Shown: positions 17,755 to 27,944 of the stretch, piece by piece
Numbering within the stretch: the stretch's first letter is position 1
Layout of the letters: each line of letters starts with the position of its first letter
IMG/VR virus record: IMGVR_UViG_3300025005_000009
Span: 1,515 to 65,514 of that record
Direction: 5' to 3' (one strand)
Source: a virus
Lineage: Duplodnaviria; Caudoviricetes
Length of the DNA stretch: 64,000 nucleotides
Translations under genes and position numbers: made by a program
Notes under the pieces: generated by a model
The model's database searches: none
Seen by the model: only the letters and a program-made list of their open reading frames with translations
What the model was told of the DNA's origin: nothing

Positions 17755-18220
17755 ATTATTTGGGCTTCTGTGCAGTGCAGTACTCGCATTTGCACTCACA
17801 CTCCCTGGATGTATGACAATGCCGGATGGGTCAAGTGAGCCGGATTACACCATGATTGAGTTTGGAGCCGTTGCAGTATTTACCGTGCTTATTAATGAAA
17901 CAAAGGTGTCAGATGAGAAGGTTTTGGAGGCATACCGTGGTCTCTCTAATCTTGAGAGCACTTTGCAGTCGATGATTGATTCTGGTGAGCCATTAGATTT
18001 GGCCATCGTTGATCAGATGTTGGCAAACGCGGTTCCGGTTGAATATCAGGCACTCACAGCCATGGGTAGTAAATTGATCCGGCAACGGGCCAAATTATAC
18101 CTTGGAGAAAGTATGCCCGATGTCGATCTTGGGAAATATGCACTTGTCGGAAAGATTGCACAGTCGGTTGTCTCGGGGGCGAAGGCCGCGATTGAACCGA
18201 AAGCCTTCACGATTAAATAA
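17744..18220 (+). CDS. lipoprotein (lysis-associated, o-spanin-like candidate)
   Basis: Signal peptide with lipobox LPGC. Confidence 0.55.
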   Translation: MGTKLFGLLCSAVLAFALTLPGCMTMPDGSSEPDYTMIEFGAVAVFTVLINETKVSDEKVLEAYRGLSNLESTLQSMIDSGEPLDLAIVDQMLANAVPVEYQALTAMGSKLIRQRAKLYLGESMPDVDLGKYALVGKIAQSVVSGAKAAIEPKAFTIK

Positions 18221-18240
18221 CGGAAGTAGGGGGAAAGATC

Positions 18241-18522
18241 ATGAAAAAATTTCTAGTCAAAAATTACAGCTATGTGGACGAAAAAGGGAAAGTGCATCCA
18301 AGTGGAACGGAACTCACACTCTCTGAGACGTCTAAATATGTGAAGCAGCAGATGTATAAATTGAGTCCTGTTGTCGAAGGCGATAAGATGTCCAAGACAA
18401 CCATCGCAGATTTAATGATTACAAAAGCATTGGCAGATTCGGTCAACGCTCCAGCGGAACTCCCAAAGGGGTCGATACGCGACCGTGTCGCCGCCATGGT
18501 GAAAGAAACGCAGGGAAAATAA
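18241..18522 (+). CDS. hypothetical head-associated protein
   Basis: 93-aa ORF before head-tail connector. Confidence 0.5.
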   Translation: MKKFLVKNYSYVDEKGKVHPSGTELTLSETSKYVKQQMYKLSPVVEGDKMSKTTIADLMITKALADSVNAPAELPKGSIRDRVAAMVKETQGK

Positions 18523-18525
18523 CCG

Positions 18526-19098
18526 ATGATCAATCTTACAACACTCGCCGCAGTGAAATCTCTTCTTGAAGAAGTTGGAGCATCATTCGATGATCAGCTT
18601 CTACAAAGAATTGAAGAGGTCTCATTCAGGGTTCAAACCGTGTACGATGTCGATCTTGAAATGAAGACACATATCGAGGTTCACGATGGCGGAACACGAA
18701 GATTGTATGTTCGTAATCCACCGATTATCTCTATTACATCTATTAAACATGATACAACATTCCAGTATGATGATGGAGAACTTCTTGATCCTCTGAATTA
18801 TGCGATTGTGAACAATGGATGGGACGTGGCCTATTCCCCGTGTTTTCCATTCGGTCAGAACAGTATACAAATCGAATATATCTCCGGATACGTCGACGCG
18901 CTTGATGTCAATACCACTGTACCACTTTGGCTACAGAGTGTTGTGGCAAAGCAAGTCGCATACGAATTCCAGCACAGGAAATCAGAAGGGCTTTCCAATG
19001 TCGATTTTCCTGATGGGGCGATTGTGAAAGAGAATAGAGATTTCCTTCGATCTGTCGTCACCTCGCTGAACACCTTAAGGAAATATAAAATTGGCTAA
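18526..19098 (+). CDS. head-tail connector protein (gp6/gp15-like)
   Basis: LTTLAAVKSLL start, YISGY, VPLWLQSVVAKQVAYEF. Confidence 0.75.
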   Translation: MINLTTLAAVKSLLEEVGASFDDQLLQRIEEVSFRVQTVYDVDLEMKTHIEVHDGGTRRLYVRNPPIISITSIKHDTTFQYDDGELLDPLNYAIVNNGWDVAYSPCFPFGQNSIQIEYISGYVDALDVNTTVPLWLQSVVAKQVAYEFQHRKSEGLSNVDFPDGAIVKENRDFLRSVVTSLNTLRKYKIG

Positions 19099-19711
19099 AC
19101 GACCATTGACGCCGAAACAGTATGCAAGAGTCCTGAGGACCAGAATCAAGAGGATTGACAAACTGAAACTCACGGCGATGGATAAGACGGTCAGAGAGTT
19201 GCGAAAGCGAGTCATTACTAGGCACTTATCTGGACCAACCACTGCTCATTCTGTTAGAAAACAATCAGGAACACTGATTAAATCGATCATAACCACGAAG
19301 GCCACGCTCTCCAAAGGATTCTTTCGAGGAATCTTTGGAGGATCTGACTCAGCTGTAGCCACATTCACGTTCCAAGACCCGAAGGCCCATGTCCACATTG
19401 GGAAGCGTGGTCGTCGAACGAAAATACGACCGGTCAGGGGTACGTTCCTGGCGATTCCGACGAGTTTCGCAAGAAACAAAGCTGGAGTTCCGCAAGGTGG
19501 TCCATTATCAGGGAAGTGGAAAAATACTTTTGTCGCTGGTGATATTATTTTCGGATCGAAAAGCCGTGGCCGAAAGGTCTTGCCGCTTTTTACGCTTCGA
19601 GATGAAGTCATTGTGCCTCAACGAGTAGACATTAAACTTGATATCGTCAGACCTGGAGAAGTCATTTACATGAGACATATCCGGGCCGGATTAGACAGGA
19701 TACTGAAGTAA
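19091..19711 (+). CDS. neck/tail-completion protein (HK97 gp10-like)
   Basis: Basic protein; SGTLIKSI, IRPVRGTFLAIP, LPLFTLRDEVIVPQR. Confidence 0.65.
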   Translation: MAKRPLTPKQYARVLRTRIKRIDKLKLTAMDKTVRELRKRVITRHLSGPTTAHSVRKQSGTLIKSIITTKATLSKGFFRGIFGGSDSAVATFTFQDPKAHVHIGKRGRRTKIRPVRGTFLAIPTSFARNKAGVPQGGPLSGKWKNTFVAGDIIFGSKSRGRKVLPLFTLRDEVIVPQRVDIKLDIVRPGEVIYMRHIRAGLDRILK

Positions 19712-20169
19712 TGCCAACACCAATCAGAACACAAGTCATCGCAGCGATACAGACCGCGTTGAGTACGATTAGTGAACTGGCCACAGTCGAGAGGTTTCAG
19801 CCGAGACCAGTTGACCTCGGACTGACTCCGACACCAGCCTGCTTCATTTACGACTCATCAGTCGAACAACTGTCTAGGCAAAACCGGTATCTGCAAGGGG
19901 AGCTAGAACTTGCACTGGCGGTATTTATCTCACTGACGAACACCGATGAGTCCACAGGCGGAATGGAGTTCAGTGATTCAGCAGACATTATTCAAGCGGA
20001 GATTCATGCCGCACTACAGACGCTCCCAAACACAGGACTGATCCTGCAGGTGGTGGAAGTCAGCTCTGAAAGAGAAATCACCAACCCGTCTTGGGGAGTG
20101 CTCACATACACGATCACTGTAACGTACCGACATCAATTCGGGAACGGCTACACTTTAAATGATGAATAG
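19711..20169 (+). CDS. tail terminator protein
   Basis: 'IRTQVIAAIQTAL' start, acidic, ends 'ITVTYRH'; precedes tail tube gene. Confidence 0.65.
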   Translation: MPTPIRTQVIAAIQTALSTISELATVERFQPRPVDLGLTPTPACFIYDSSVEQLSRQNRYLQGELELALAVFISLTNTDESTGGMEFSDSADIIQAEIHAALQTLPNTGLILQVVEVSSEREITNPSWGVLTYTITVTYRHQFGNGYTLNDE

Positions 20170-20180
20170 GAGGAGAGTTC

Positions 20181-21353
20181 ATGGCTACAGCTTCTGACGA
20201 CATTACCGTTGTTGGTGGAGTGAAAGTTTTCTTCACTGAGGAAGGCGGAGTTGAGCGTGACTTGGGGAATATCGTTGGAGACAGTGTGTCCATCGCCCGA
20301 GACACAGAAGAATTAGAGCATTTTACGAATCGATCCGGGCAACGCCGGAAAGATAAAGTCATCACAGTTTCTGAATCGGCTCAGATCGATTTCGAACTTG
20401 ATGAGATCAATGTCGATAACCTTCGATACTTTTTCAAAGGTGGGCCTATCTCGAACGAAGGCGCAGGTACCGACGCCATTGTTGATCAGAAAGAAATATT
20501 GACAGGTGAAGTCTATGTCAGTGTGGAAAAACCAGGTCTGTCGGCCGTATCAGTTCGACAGTTCCTGGACTATGTGTTCCTGTTTGACGGTGCGGCCTTT
20601 GCTGATCACTCAGTTGAAGCTGACACTGCCGCAGGCACGCCCTTCGCCATCAATGGTGACGCAGATGATATCCTGTACGCGGGGAAGAATACGCAGTTTA
20701 AGGAAGTGGCCATTGATGTGAGTGTGGCCTCTGTCGGATATACATCTCCACTATGGGAATACTGGGATGGCACAGCGTGGCAGACCTTGGCCATGACCGG
20801 GACAGCTGATTTCTCCGCTGATGCGACGATCACCTTCACCGTCCCTGGTGATTGGGCACAAACCACAATCAACGGTGTGACGGCATACTTCATTCGCTTT
20901 TCCCAGGCCGCAGCCGCGCCGACTGCCGCGACGCTGTTGTCGCTTGGTCGTCAAGCCTTAGTCGAACATACCGACTATGATGTGGATCCTGGACAGGCAT
21001 CAACATCGACATCCACGAAGAACGGCTCCGTGAGACGAGTGGCGGCAGGGTCGTTGGTCGATGGAGAAGAAGTGAAAACCAGCTTTACGTATGTCACCTT
21101 TACGTCTCAGACCTTCGGCATTGCCGAGAAAAGCACTCTGGAAGGATCGGCGAGATTTGAAGCATTCCCTGGCACTGGACGGGGCCGGAAATGGTCGATG
21201 ACTATTCCGAAATGCCAGTTAATCAATAACGGGTCGATGGATCTGGACGACACACTGTTTGAAACCATCCCGCTTTCACTGGCGGTCTTGGACAACTTCG
21301 ATGTCAGTGCCTTGAATCCGTTCGGTACCGTGACGGTATTTCCTCATTCATAA
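20181..21353 (+). CDS. major tail tube protein with inserted accessory domain
   Basis: GGVKVFF..RDLGN..LEHFTNRSG, FELDEIN, C-terminal IPKCQLI; position before chaperone and TMP. Confidence 0.8.
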   Translation: MATASDDITVVGGVKVFFTEEGGVERDLGNIVGDSVSIARDTEELEHFTNRSGQRRKDKVITVSESAQIDFELDEINVDNLRYFFKGGPISNEGAGTDAIVDQKEILTGEVYVSVEKPGLSAVSVRQFLDYVFLFDGAAFADHSVEADTAAGTPFAINGDADDILYAGKNTQFKEVAIDVSVASVGYTSPLWEYWDGTAWQTLAMTGTADFSADATITFTVPGDWAQTTINGVTAYFIRFSQAAAAPTAATLLSLGRQALVEHTDYDVDPGQASTSTSTKNGSVRRVAAGSLVDGEEVKTSFTYVTFTSQTFGIAEKSTLEGSARFEAFPGTGRGRKWSMTIPKCQLINNGSMDLDDTLFETIPLSLAVLDNFDVSALNPFGTVTVFPHS

Positions 21354-21365
21354 AGAATGGGAAGA

Positions 21366-21399
21366 GTGGGGAGCTATATGCTCCCCACAACACTTTTTT
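21366..21399 (+). terminator. rho-independent terminator
   Basis: GTGGGGAGC-TATAT-GCTCCCCAC then T-tract after short spacer. Confidence 0.6.
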
Positions 21400-21427
21400 C
21401 TAACACAAGATTCTTTAGGGGGATGAT

Positions 21428-21850
21428 ATGGATCAAGAGAAAATTTCTTCAACATTAAACGGGCTGGCCTCTTTCATGGATGCGTCTGAAGCACATGGTT
21501 TCAAGATCCAAGAGTGGAGCACGACTCGTTTTACCCGCCTGTACCCGTATCTCAGTCAAGTGATCGACGCCTTAATCCAAGGTGGAGCGACACTTGATAA
21601 TATTCAAACCTACCTGACCTCCAATATTCCAAAGCTTGTTGATGCCGTGGTTCCACATATGGACCGAATTATTCTGTTGTCATGCCCCGGCAAAACCGAG
21701 GAAGATATTGAAAACCTTCCTTGGACACATGGCTTGGAAATCGTTATCTTGATTTTCAAAAAGAATATGGAGCACGTAGCCGATTTTTTCGCCCAAAAGT
21801 CCGCAAGTCTAAAAGACATGCTGCCAGCGGACACGAAGACCAGTTTCTAA
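21428..21850 (+). CDS. tail assembly chaperone (gpG-like)
   Basis: Between tube and TMP; in-frame slippery T TTT TTC at 21784-21790. Confidence 0.75.
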   Translation: MDQEKISSTLNGLASFMDASEAHGFKIQEWSTTRFTRLYPYLSQVIDALIQGGATLDNIQTYLTSNIPKLVDAVVPHMDRIILLSCPGKTEEDIENLPWTHGLEIVILIFKKNMEHVADFFAQKSASLKDMLPADTKTSF

Positions 21851-22161
21851 ATTCTATCGAGCTAATGGTCGCGAGGGGCCACTCTCTGTCCGACCTACTC
21901 GACGTGTACCCGATTTCAACACTTCGTGATTTAATGCAAGCTGCGAATTACAACCAACGTGAGAGCTTAGCAAGTCACACACAAGGGACAGCTGTGGCAG
22001 TTCTCCATGGTCTTGATTGTGGATTTAATAAGGGCAAACAAAAACTTTTGACGAAATTTATGAATACCTTACTTGGTAAGAATAAACGTCAGAAGGAAAA
22101 GACCAAGGACCTTCAAGAGGTTGAGTCTCAATTATTCTCATTATTCGCTCCAAGGAAATAG
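21784..22161 (+). CDS. tail assembly chaperone -1 frameshift extension (gpT-like)
   Basis: -1 frame open across slippery site up to TMP start (ORF track 21721-22161). Confidence 0.7.
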   Translation, partial: FFRPKVRKSKRHAASGHEDQFLNSIELMVARGHSLSDLLDVYPISTLRDLMQAANYNQRESLASHTQGTAVAVLHGLDCGFNKGKQKLLTKFMNTLLGKNKRQKEKTKDLQEVESQLFSLFAPRK

Positions 22162-22164
22162 ATC

Positions 22165-25032
22165 ATGGCTGATGAAATCGTTATTAGGCTAAGAGGATCA
22201 ACCGCTCAGCTTGAAGCCGCACTGAATCAAGTTCGGACTCAAATGACACAGCTCGGCGTTCAGTCGAAGCAAGTCAGTACGAGAATGCAGGCTCACAACC
22301 GGCGAACGGCGAAATCTATTGATGATCAAAATAGATCATTCACACTGATGGTTGCCAAACTCGCCTTGGTTGCTTTCGCTGTGCAGACAGTTGCGAATAT
22401 CTTCAACAGTAGCTTCGGGGCCATCCTTCGCAACATCGATGAATTTAATCTAGCTGCAATCGGTACAGCCGCCGCTGTGACAGGAATTACAGATGAAACG
22501 AATCGTCCAATTGGGGATGTGTTCAATCAAAACTTGGCTGCAGCCTTGGCGACATTTGAGAAACTAGAAATTGTCTCAGCTAATTTCTTCGCGACAGGTC
22601 AAGAATTACAGCTGGCATTTAACACACTCGCTCAACGAGGCGTCGTCATCAGGGAAGATGAATTCCAGACATTAGGTAAAATTACTGATCAGATTAAACT
22701 ACTGACAGGCGGTCAGAATACACAGATTCAGATTCAACAGGAACTTCGAGCGATCCTCGATGGAAACGTCCGAACAACAACAGCCTTTGGAAAAGCCTTA
22801 CAGGCTCGTGGTATCGACGTTGCTCAACTGTCAAGGGAAGTCAGGGCAACCGGATCTCTTGCGCCGTTTGAGCCGTTTTTGACAGGATTAGATGCCGCCA
22901 GTGGAGCCGTTCGACGTACACTCTCATCGGTGACCGCGACATTCTCATCCCTGTTCAACATCCTGGCGAGAAATATTTTTCAAGACACATTCGATGGAGT
23001 CGTGAGCCGTATCACAACCATCAATAATCTTCTGATCGATAATCGTGATCAGATTATCCAAGTTGGGCAAGTCTTGCTCGACAATGTGTTCTTCGCGTTT
23101 CAACAGATCAACAAAGTCGCCACAACCCTGTTCAACATCATTGGAGACATTGCTTCATCAGGTGTTGGGCAATTCCTCATTCTAGTGAAAGCCATCTCAT
23201 TACTGGCATCTGGTCCTTTTAAGACCTTCATTATTCTTGGAGCGGTCGTCTTTCAGTTGACAGGAAGTTTAGAATCCGCAGCTGACGCACTGGACGCATT
23301 CTTTAAAGTATTCAGAATCGGTCTGGATGTTATTGAAAAAGGAATTACCGCACTTTTCGACCTGAATGGACTACTGACGAATTTAAAACTGACCCTTGAC
23401 GGATTACAAAATATCTCATTACTGTCGAAAGAGGCTGCACTTGAAGAACAAATTGCTTCACTGACACCTGAACAATTAGCTGGAAGCCGTGGACAAAGAT
23501 TAACAAGAGAGTTAGAAAGAGTTAGAAAGCAGATCATCGATAACGTTGCGGAGATGAAGCAAACGGTCGCTCAATCAACTGCAGAAGCCGGTGAAAAATC
23601 CGGTGAAAATTTCATTGAGGGTCTCGGGAAGAGTTTCTCAGAGGGTCTCAAAACACTCAATAAGGATCTAGATGCTGCGTCAGCTGAACTGGGATTGACC
23701 TCAGGAACAGATAGGCTTAAGGCTCAATTTGAGGACTTGGTCAAGCAGGCGAAAGAACTGTCGAAACCTGGAGCCACAGAGTTTGCGGGAACGAAAGAGC
23801 CAATTATTGCCGACTCGCGCATTGAGGAAGCAGAATTAAAACGTTCACGGAATCTCCTTGACACCTTACTGTCACAACAGGATCGAGCACGTCAAGGATT
23901 TTTTAATCAAGAGATTTCACGTATTCAAAAACTGGCCGCAGAGAGATCCATTACCGGGCAGCAGGCGTTCGAGAATGAGTTTCAAGCCAAGCAAGACAGC
24001 TTGCGGCTTGATCTGACTGCTCTAGAGAATCAAAAACGATTGGTCAAGGAACGTGCCAAAGAAGATCTGGCTATTGCCAATAGAAACCTTGCAGCCACAG
24101 AAGGTCTGACGAAGTTACAACAAGACCAGGCTCAGTTGAAGGTCATCGCGATTCTCCAGAAAGCCAACACGGACGAAGCCGCTATTCAACTTCAGATTGA
24201 TGAAGCTGGTCGAAAACAAGTTGAGGCTAGACTTCAAGCTGAGAAACAGATCGCTATTGAGACACGGAAGGTCAACCGTCTCCTGGAAGATAGGGCAATA
24301 TCCCTTGAACAGATAGGTGGGATTACGAATGTCGAGAGAGCCAATCAGGTTGCGACAGAGTCGGCTAGGGCAAGGCAAGATTTCGCCGCAGAGAATCTCG
24401 CAGACCCTGAAGCGGTTGCTGAGTTTAATGCTCAACAAGATCGATTGGACTTTTTTAGATCGGTGCAGCCACAGATTGATGCGTTCACGAAAGCGGTCGA
24501 TGAGACGTTCAACACATTGATCAATGGTGTGGTCGAAGGATCATTTGAATTTCGAGACCTCGCACAAACCTTATCTAAAGACTTGATCAAATCTGGTCTA
24601 CAAGATCTCATTGCCCAAGCCAAGGATGCCGTGACGGAAGGTCTTGAATCCCTGTTCTCAGGATTCAGTGACGTGGCCGCACAGCAGGCCGCACAAGCAT
24701 TGGCTCTTGGAATTGGACTCTTACTGGCTGTCTTATCCAGAATCGGAAACGACGGCGAATTCACAGCCACTGGTGGATCTGGAGGATCTAGCGTCACCGG
24801 ATCACGTCAGGTACAAGGAATTATTGGTGGAGACACGGCATTGCCGATTGCCGAAATCAATAACGGTCTACAGGAAGCCTTGATCCCGACGAACAATCTC
24901 CTATCACAAATTGAACGGAACACACGATCACTGGCAGAACTCAATGTGAACCTTGACCAGAGTGCTCTACAAGGCGCTCTCTCATCTCAGCTGAATGCAT
25001 TCTTTCAGCAAATGGTTCTGCAAAACCCATAA
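22165..25032 (+). CDS. tail tape measure protein
   Basis: 955 aa, Ala/Gln/Leu-rich helical, 'ADEIVIRLRG' start, follows chaperone pair. Confidence 0.9.
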   Translation: MADEIVIRLRGSTAQLEAALNQVRTQMTQLGVQSKQVSTRMQAHNRRTAKSIDDQNRSFTLMVAKLALVAFAVQTVANIFNSSFGAILRNIDEFNLAAIGTAAAVTGITDETNRPIGDVFNQNLAAALATFEKLEIVSANFFATGQELQLAFNTLAQRGVVIREDEFQTLGKITDQIKLLTGGQNTQIQIQQELRAILDGNVRTTTAFGKALQARGIDVAQLSREVRATGSLAPFEPFLTGLDAASGAVRRTLSSVTATFSSLFNILARNIFQDTFDGVVSRITTINNLLIDNRDQIIQVGQVLLDNVFFAFQQINKVATTLFNIIGDIASSGVGQFLILVKAISLLASGPFKTFIILGAVVFQLTGSLESAADALDAFFKVFRIGLDVIEKGITALFDLNGLLTNLKLTLDGLQNISLLSKEAALEEQIASLTPEQLAGSRGQRLTRELERVRKQIIDNVAEMKQTVAQSTAEAGEKSGENFIEGLGKSFSEGLKTLNKDLDAASAELGLTSGTDRLKAQFEDLVKQAKELSKPGATEFAGTKEPIIADSRIEEAELKRSRNLLDTLLSQQDRARQGFFNQEISRIQKLAAERSITGQQAFENEFQAKQDSLRLDLTALENQKRLVKERAKEDLAIANRNLAATEGLTKLQQDQAQLKVIAILQKANTDEAAIQLQIDEAGRKQVEARLQAEKQIAIETRKVNRLLEDRAISLEQIGGITNVERANQVATESARARQDFAAENLADPEAVAEFNAQQDRLDFFRSVQPQIDAFTKAVDETFNTLINGVVEGSFEFRDLAQTLSKDLIKSGLQDLIAQAKDAVTEGLESLFSGFSDVAAQQAAQALALGIGLLLAVLSRIGNDGEFTATGGSGGSSVTGSRQVQGIIGGDTALPIAEINNGLQEALIPTNNLLSQIERNTRSLAELNVNLDQSALQGALSSQLNAFFQQMVLQNP

Positions 25033-25044
25033 AGGATTGAAGAC

Positions 25045-25305
25045 ATGCCAACCGTGAGCGTTCCGAATCAGAATGTCTATGTAGATGGAGGTACCTTGGT
25101 CACGTATCAGGGTACCCCACATGTCTGCACCTACTGGGAAGTCGTGGGAGTCATCGCAGGCGTTGAAGTAGATCCTGTCGGATCCATGATTGAAAAGATT
25201 ATCATGACTGATGCGAATGGTTTTGCGGTAAATCAGTATATCGGATCATCGAATGATGCAGACGGAGGCAAAACCGAACGGATAAAGGTGAGAGAACGTG
25301 CTTAA
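25045..25305 (+). CDS. small tail-associated protein
   Basis: 86-aa ORF, overlaps next gene. Confidence 0.55.
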   Translation: MPTVSVPNQNVYVDGGTLVTYQGTPHVCTYWEVVGVIAGVEVDPVGSMIEKIIMTDANGFAVNQYIGSSNDADGGKTERIKVRERA

Positions 25306-26311
25306 AAATCTCTACAACAGCATCAACACGGTTTCAAATCTTCAAGGATCATCCATCGGGTATTGGATTCCAAACTCCGATGCGATGTTTATTACCTTGA
25401 CGACAGAGTCAATGCAATCTGTACGCGTCTACCGAGATGGGACAGAGGTCCATATTTCACGAGTCTCGAATACCGAATCACTCAAGTATGATCAAGCCCC
25501 GGAATATAATGGTCTGATAATTCATCGGACAAGCGGTCTCGCATATCAACTTCATCCGATGACCTGGACGATCAATCTCCAGAAGCCGTTCGTGACTGGG
25601 GTCGCGTTCAGTGTGACCGGTAACGGAGTCTATCTGAGGAATCGTGATGGGGTCATGAAGTATTATGCGCGATTTGCGAGAGGGTATCGTATATACGATG
25701 TCTCAACTGGAGTTCTTGAATCCACGGTGGAAGTCTTCGCCTCTGGTGTGAACATCGAAAACCCAATTCAATGGGTGAAGGATCAAATCCTGGCATTTTT
25801 TCGTGATAGCGGGGAAGTCGCATTATGGGATGTCGATGCAGGTGAGTTAGTCCTCTCATCATTTATCGATGCACCAAGTATCGCGGTGGTTGACCAACAG
25901 TATCAGAATATTGTCTCAGTGCGAAACAGCGATAAGATTGTACAAGTATGGGATCTGCAAGTTGAGCCGGACCACTTCTCCGCTCTGTCAGCAGATCCTG
26001 GAAATTATCTTCGATACAATAAAGAAGAACTCTCCATTACGGTCCTCGGTGATCAGGATGAGCCGGTAGCCAATACAGAGGTCATCTGGAGTTTGAAAGC
26101 CTATATCCCAACTGGAGCCGCTGTGAATGAACAGGCGGTCAATGAGGGAAATGTTGGAGGTGGGTCAACTGTCTCAGCCCCACTCGGAAAACTTTCACCG
26201 ACGATATCACTGACAGATGAAAACGGTGTAGCTCGTGTCATGTACTGTCCCCCAGGAAATGACTGGGTATCGGGCATGCAAGAGATCATCACGGCAAGGG
26301 TATTTCTATGA
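25298..26311 (+). CDS. virion protein, propeller-like N-terminus and Ig-like C-terminus
   Basis: 'ITVLGDQDEPVANTEVIW' and 'TDENGVARVMY' resemble Big_1 domains. Confidence 0.55.
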   Translation: MLKNLYNSINTVSNLQGSSIGYWIPNSDAMFITLTTESMQSVRVYRDGTEVHISRVSNTESLKYDQAPEYNGLIIHRTSGLAYQLHPMTWTINLQKPFVTGVAFSVTGNGVYLRNRDGVMKYYARFARGYRIYDVSTGVLESTVEVFASGVNIENPIQWVKDQILAFFRDSGEVALWDVDAGELVLSSFIDAPSIAVVDQQYQNIVSVRNSDKIVQVWDLQVEPDHFSALSADPGNYLRYNKEELSITVLGDQDEPVANTEVIWSLKAYIPTGAAVNEQAVNEGNVGGGSTVSAPLGKLSPTISLTDENGVARVMYCPPGNDWVSGMQEIITARVFL

Positions 26312-27396
26312 GCCTGACACTTGTGCAACAAACAGCCCCCTTGACATATGAGCCATGTCAACCTGGTGATGGTGTGATCTATAATCCGTATCTCTGTACA
26401 CCTCCACGGATGTTTCGTGAAGAGTTGAACCACGGAAGGACTGGAATAAGCGGGTTCTATTATGACCCAAATAAAGATCGATACATTCTGATTTCTAGTC
26501 TATCCGTGGCGTATTGGCCGAGCTGGGAAATCTCAGCTTATACGATTCATCCTGTCACAGGACGTGTTGAATCACGAACAAATATCCCTTCGATTTTTGG
26601 AATAGCGTATGATCGGTACCAAGAGACAGGAGAATTTAAACGACCGTATGCGAATCACTTCGCCGGTCCAAATTCAAATTCCATTGTCACCATCGATCCG
26701 GTGACCTTCGTCGCAAATTGGAACGATCTGATTGTGACTTCTGCCGATGTTGGAGGATTCCAAATCCAACGATTTTTATTGAATCGGTCCAATCATATTG
26801 TTGCACTTCAAGATGTCGGACGTATACGTCGATATAACTATGGAACGCAGGTTCGCCTGGATGACTTACTTATGCCAGAAGCGGCCATTACAGATCTTGC
26901 TTATGAAGACCTGAATCGAGGCTGGGTTCTCTTAAATAATCCCACTCATGGGCTATCCACGGTCAAAATTGACTATGTCAATGCCAAGATCGAACTCCTC
27001 AGCAAGATTCAAAGTGAGCCGGATGATATTAACTCGTCAATTGCCTATGATTCAAGACGTAAAATGATTGCGGTATTCAGACAGAGAGAGGAAGCTGTCG
27101 ACGGATCTGCGACTCACTTATTAGATATTTATAAGCCGGTCATTGTTCCAACGAACATTACCGCTCCGGTTCCCGTTGAACCACTTGTTCAAGGCAAGAC
27201 GATTACGATGGTGGCTCATCTCATTGGAGATCGGGGAGAAGCCGGATCACTGAGACCTGTGACGATTACGAATACAGGGGACGGAGTGATTCTTCAACCG
27301 ACTGTGACACCACGATCAAATGGAACCGTGACGTTTCAATACCGAGTAGGAAACAACCCAGGTACAGACACTATTACACTAGAGGTAGAAATCTAA
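26308..27396 (+). CDS. virion protein, beta-propeller-like plus Ig-like C-terminus
   Basis: Repeated blade-like motifs (GFYYDP, DLAYED, SIAYDS); 'TVTFQYRVGNNPGTDTITLEV'. Confidence 0.5.
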   Translation: MSLTLVQQTAPLTYEPCQPGDGVIYNPYLCTPPRMFREELNHGRTGISGFYYDPNKDRYILISSLSVAYWPSWEISAYTIHPVTGRVESRTNIPSIFGIAYDRYQETGEFKRPYANHFAGPNSNSIVTIDPVTFVANWNDLIVTSADVGGFQIQRFLLNRSNHIVALQDVGRIRRYNYGTQVRLDDLLMPEAAITDLAYEDLNRGWVLLNNPTHGLSTVKIDYVNAKIELLSKIQSEPDDINSSIAYDSRRKMIAVFRQREEAVDGSATHLLDIYKPVIVPTNITAPVPVEPLVQGKTITMVAHLIGDRGEAGSLRPVTITNTGDGVILQPTVTPRSNGTVTFQYRVGNNPGTDTITLEVEI

Positions 27397-27944
27397 TGCC
27401 CCTCATTACTTCAGAAACACTCGTGACCATTGGAGACGCATCTGCGGCAACCGTTTCAACGGATCTCGTGTTACAGCCCTCCAGTTTTGGGACCGGTGCA
27501 CTTCGAAAACTTGTCTACCCTGATGGAACACTCGCGCCAATTGTGTACGAGAAGAACCCTGATGATTGGACAAACTTTGATGTCTCCCCAATGGTGAAGC
27601 GTCCTCGTATTGGTGTCCTGCAAACACTGGAAGGCAACAAGCTGACAGGATGGCAAGGCTACGCACGAGATGCCTCGATCACTGAGACCTGGAAAGGCTC
27701 TGAGACTGAAGCGCCAATCACTGTCGACTTTCTACGAGAACTGTATGCGTATTTCGAAAATCCTCCACTGGTCAATTTTATCCAGTGGTATCCTCGTGAC
27801 CGAACAGAGACCGGATACAACATTATGATTGAAAGCCTGACGGTTGGGGGAGGTGACATTCGTATGAATTATGTCGCCGCGATTGCGGGATATGTCGTTG
27901 GAGATGTTAACCTACGATTTAAAATAGTGAGTGAGGTCGCATGA
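27396..27944 (+). CDS. distal tail (Dit-like) protein
   Basis: Size and position before large hub protein. Confidence 0.5.
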   Translation: MPLITSETLVTIGDASAATVSTDLVLQPSSFGTGALRKLVYPDGTLAPIVYEKNPDDWTNFDVSPMVKRPRIGVLQTLEGNKLTGWQGYARDASITETWKGSETEAPITVDFLRELYAYFENPPLVNFIQWYPRDRTETGYNIMIESLTVGGGDIRMNYVAAIAGYVVGDVNLRFKIVSEVA

